Assembly: GCA_963765675.1 (NCBI GenBank)
Contig: CAVXXK010000006.1
Span: 352,001 to 416,000, forward strand
DNA length: 64,000 nucleotides
Source of the DNA: an uncultured delta proteobacterium
GTDB lineage: Bacteria; Desulfobacterota; Binatia; Binatales; Binataceae
Direction of reading: 5' to 3'
The stretch's first letter is position 1; each line of letters opens with the position of its first letter. A program made the translations under genes and the position numbers. Positions 61,151 through 64,000 of the stretch are shown one piece after another. The notes below the pieces were generated by a model. That model was given only the letters and a program-made list of their open reading frames with translations, was not told the DNA's origin and made no database searches.

Positions 61151-63397
61151 TCAGCCGGCGGCTTTGGCGAATTGCTGCATTTTTATAGGAAACTCCATGA
61201 CAAATCTACTTCCACGCGGCTGATTGTCAATTACCCGCACAAAGCCGTGATGATCGGTCACGATCGCCGACACGATAGCGAGCCCAAGCCCTGTGCCGCC
61301 CTTCTTGCTCGAAAAGTAGGGCTCGAAAATCCGCGTGCGCAGCCGCGGGTCGATGCCGGGGCCGTTGTCTGCAACCTCGAGGACCAGAATCGAAGTCTCT
61401 CTGCGGATCGCGGTGCGCAGATCGATTCTCGGCTTATCGCCATTTTGCGCGAACGCGGTGGTCGCGCCGACAGCGTTGTCGAGCAGGTTCACCAGCGCGC
61501 GCTTGAGCGCCTCCCGATCGATCATCATCTGCGGCAGACCGGCGGCAAGGTTGGTGTTGAACTCGACCGCCGGATGCGCCGCGCGGAAGTTTGCCACCGT
61601 GTCGGCGACCAGCGCGTTCAGATCGCCCGGGACGGGATTCAGATGCGGCATCCGCGCGAAAGCGGAAAACTCGTTGACCAGATGCTTCAGCGCCTCGACC
61701 TCGCCGATAATCGTGCGCGTGCATTCTTCGACCAGCGGAGTATCGGGCGTTCCATCGCTGCGCCCGACCATCTGCCGGCGCATCCGTTCGGCGGAGAGCT
61801 GGATCGGAGTGAGCGGATTTTTTATTTCATGCGCGATTCGGCGCGCGACTTCGCGCCACGCTTCCATCCGCTCGACCTTTGCGATCTGGCTCACATCCTC
61901 GAAGAACAGAACCGAGCCGAGCGGCTCTCCCGCGCTGTCCGAAAGCGGGCTCGCCGTCAGCATCAACTCAGCTTCCGCGCCCGCGACTTCGAGCTTGACG
62001 GTAGAGCGCGCCTCGCTCGGGCTCGTCGCCGCCGCGAGCAGGTCGTCAAGCACGCGCGACAGAGCAGGTTGCATCGTGCGGCGGTAGTGAGTTCCGATGA
62101 CGCCGTGCGCCGTGACGCCGAGCAGGCGTTCCGCACAGGGATTTATCGTGGTCAGAATTCCCTGGGGGTCCAGGCCGACCACGCCGGCCGAGACATTCTC
62201 GAGCAGGGTTTCGGTGTAGCGGCGGCGCCGTTCGAGCTCGGCCGCTGAGCCGCGCAGATCCGCGGTCATCTGGTTAAAGGATTCAATTAGCTGGCCGATT
62301 TCGTCGTCGCGGATTCCCGCGATGGTGTAATCGAGATTGCCCGCCGCGATCGCCTGGGTGCCTTGCAGCAGCCGCTTGATCGGTCCGGTAATCCCGCGCG
62401 CCAGGTACATCCCGAACCAGCTCGCAAGCATCACGACCACCAGCCCGATCAGCACCAGCGCCAGGATGTAACTGTTGAGAATCGGGCCGCGCAGAATTCG
62501 AAGCTGAAAATAATCTTCCGCCGATCGCGAGATCCCCGCCGCGCGGGTGGCAAGACTCTTGGGCAGGTAGTAATCGACCACCACGGCGCCCACGACGGTG
62601 TCGGTCTCGGGCGTCGAGTAGATAGGCGCGGTGCCGCGAATCACGTCTGAGCTGCCCAGACGATCGGTGCGGGTCATCGCCTGTCCCTTCAAGGTTTCGA
62701 GCAGGATTTGCGCATCGGGCGAGACGCCGATCCCGGTCGGAGTCTTGGGGCTCAGCGCTATCAGGAGAAGCTTCCGATCGGCGGAGAATACCTCGATCGT
62801 GCCGAGATTGTATTCCTGCTGGTGCTGTTCGATGAAATGGCGCAGGCGCGCATGGTCCTCCGGCGCGAGCAGCTTTCGTGAAGAGATCTCTTCGGCCAGC
62901 ACGCGCGCGAAGTGCGCCGCGTTGTTGGCTGAGTTCAGATAATAGGTCTTTGCGATCTCGAGCGAATCGTCGAGTACCTGCTCGTACTCGGGGTTGAACC
63001 AACTACCGATATCCGCGTTCAAAAATACGCCCGAGACGTAGAGCAGGAATGCGCTCGGCACCAGCGCGACGGCGATAAATCCCGCCACCAGCCGCACCTG
63101 GAACTTCGAGCCGATGAGTCCGCGGCGGCGCTCGAAAATGACCTTGGCCAGATTTCTGCCGACCAGGAACAGCAGCAGCGCGAGCAGAAGGAAGCTGAGA
63201 TTGAAGAGCGAGATAACGGCGAGGTTCGAGGCGAGCGACGTATGCCGCGACAGCGGCGGCAACTCGGTCTGCGCGAAGACGAATGCGACCAGAATCGCGG
63301 CGGCGACTCCGACCGCGATCAACTCGCGCCGGCGCCGCTTTAGCTCGGCGCGCCGGAGGTTGAAATCGCGCGGCTCTGCCGCCATCTTTGCCGCCAT
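61151..63397 (-). CDS. NtrY-like membrane sensor histidine kinase (TM-periplasmic-HAMP-PAS-HisKA-HATPase)
   Basis: AWREVARRIAHEIKNPLTPIQLSAER H-box, NLLDNA, DNGPG, GTGLGL; HAMP and PAS segments. Confidence 0.92.
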   Translation of the reverse strand: MAAKMAAEPRDFNLRRAELKRRRRELIAVGVAAAILVAFVFAQTELPPLSRHTSLASNLAVISLFNLSFLLLALLLFLVGRNLAKVIFERRRGLIGSKFQVRLVAGFIAVALVPSAFLLYVSGVFLNADIGSWFNPEYEQVLDDSLEIAKTYYLNSANNAAHFARVLAEEISSRKLLAPEDHARLRHFIEQHQQEYNLGTIEVFSADRKLLLIALSPKTPTGIGVSPDAQILLETLKGQAMTRTDRLGSSDVIRGTAPIYSTPETDTVVGAVVVDYYLPKSLATRAAGISRSAEDYFQLRILRGPILNSYILALVLIGLVVVMLASWFGMYLARGITGPIKRLLQGTQAIAAGNLDYTIAGIRDDEIGQLIESFNQMTADLRGSAAELERRRRYTETLLENVSAGVVGLDPQGILTTINPCAERLLGVTAHGVIGTHYRRTMQPALSRVLDDLLAAATSPSEARSTVKLEVAGAEAELMLTASPLSDSAGEPLGSVLFFEDVSQIAKVERMEAWREVARRIAHEIKNPLTPIQLSAERMRRQMVGRSDGTPDTPLVEECTRTIIGEVEALKHLVNEFSAFARMPHLNPVPGDLNALVADTVANFRAAHPAVEFNTNLAAGLPQMMIDREALKRALVNLLDNAVGATTAFAQNGDKPRIDLRTAIRRETSILVLEVADNGPGIDPRLRTRIFEPYFSSKKGGTGLGLAIVSAIVTDHHGFVRVIDNQPRGSRFVMEFPIKMQQFAKAAG

Positions 63398-63399
63398 CG

Positions 63400-63612
63400 T
63401 CAGCGCCTGAAGATCGCGAAGATAATCGATAGGATAATGCTCGCAACCACGCAGCTAGCGAGAGGAAAATAGAGGCTGAAGTTGCCGCGCCTGACCTGGA
63501 TGTCGCCGGGCAGATGCCCGAATATCGGCACGTAGCCAAGCCCCCATAGCATCGAGCCTAGCGCGATCAGCACGAGTCCTATTGCGATCAGGCCCTTTCC
63601 AAACGGCGCCAT
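63400..63612 (-). CDS. DUF2905 family small membrane protein
   Basis: GHLPGDI...NFSLYFPLASC motif. Confidence 0.85.
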   Translation of the reverse strand: MAPFGKGLIAIGLVLIALGSMLWGLGYVPIFGHLPGDIQVRRGNFSLYFPLASCVVASIILSIIFAIFRR

Positions 63613-63690
63613 CGCGAATCTGCCTCAAGGCAGATTGTATAGCACGGCACGCCGTCGCAATACCGTCATTTGGCCGCGGCGGCAGGTCTC

Positions 63691-64000
63691 CTAAGCATGC
63701 GCATGATGCGGTCCCGCGGCTTCGCGGGCGGCCTTGTTCTCCTTGATTATCTTTTCGGCCACCGGCGGCGGCGCCTCTTCGTAGTGATCGAAACGTTGCT
63801 CGAACGATCCCCGTCCAGACGTGATCGAGCGAAGGTCGGGCGCGTATTTTAGTATTTCCGACATCGGCACCATCGCCTTGATCACCTGGCTCGCGCCCTT
63901 GCGATCCATCCCGAGCACTTTGCCGCGGCGCGAATTGAGATCGCCGATTACGTCGCCCATGCATTCGTCCGGGCAGGCGACCTCGATCGCGACGATCGGC
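63691..64000 (-). CDS. fusA: Elongation factor G family protein, C-terminal part (runs off the right edge)
   Basis: Domain V: [12 protein letters not shown]...[13 protein letters not shown]. Not followed by tuf, so possibly an EF-G2 paralog. Confidence 0.85.
   Translation of the reverse strand, partial: PIVAIEVACPDECMGDVIGDLNSRRGKVLGMDRKGASQVIKAMVPMSEILKYAPDLRSITSGRGSFEQRFDHYEEAPPPVAEKIIKENKAAREAAGPHHAHA

Overview
GC-rich bacterial chromosomal segment. Gene content and order (mdh-sucCD-ndk-rlmN-mtnP-pfkB, lepA-lepB, many SDR/acyl-CoA dehydrogenase paralogs) suggest a Deltaproteobacteria-like lineage, possibly Binatota; this is inference only. Most of it is housekeeping: uvrC, TCA genes, a PyrR-attenuated pyr/car operon, recG, rlpA, dgt, MoxR/VWA, queC and a partial EF-G. 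The window appears to contain the replication terminus: a 28-bp XerCD dif site at 46631-46658, with gene orientation and KOPS-like octamers converging on it. Main findings: (1) an NtrY-type sensor kinase followed by an NtrX-like receiver domain fused in frame to a catalytically intact LpxC, suggesting direct phospho-control of the committed step of lipid A synthesis; (2) a multi-domain aspartate carbamoyltransferase (PyrB + PyrI zinc domain + Cys-less Ada-like module + PyrR-like PRT domain); (3) an AT-richer CapRel-like fused toxSAS gene next to dif, plus a possible Xer-integrated mini-element; (4) a sigma-54-type promoter with an upstream palindrome driving two orphan genes, one with 17-aa amphipathic repeats. 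About eight single-base frameshifts in core genes are most likely sequencing errors. No rRNA, tRNA, CRISPR array or transposase was recognised.
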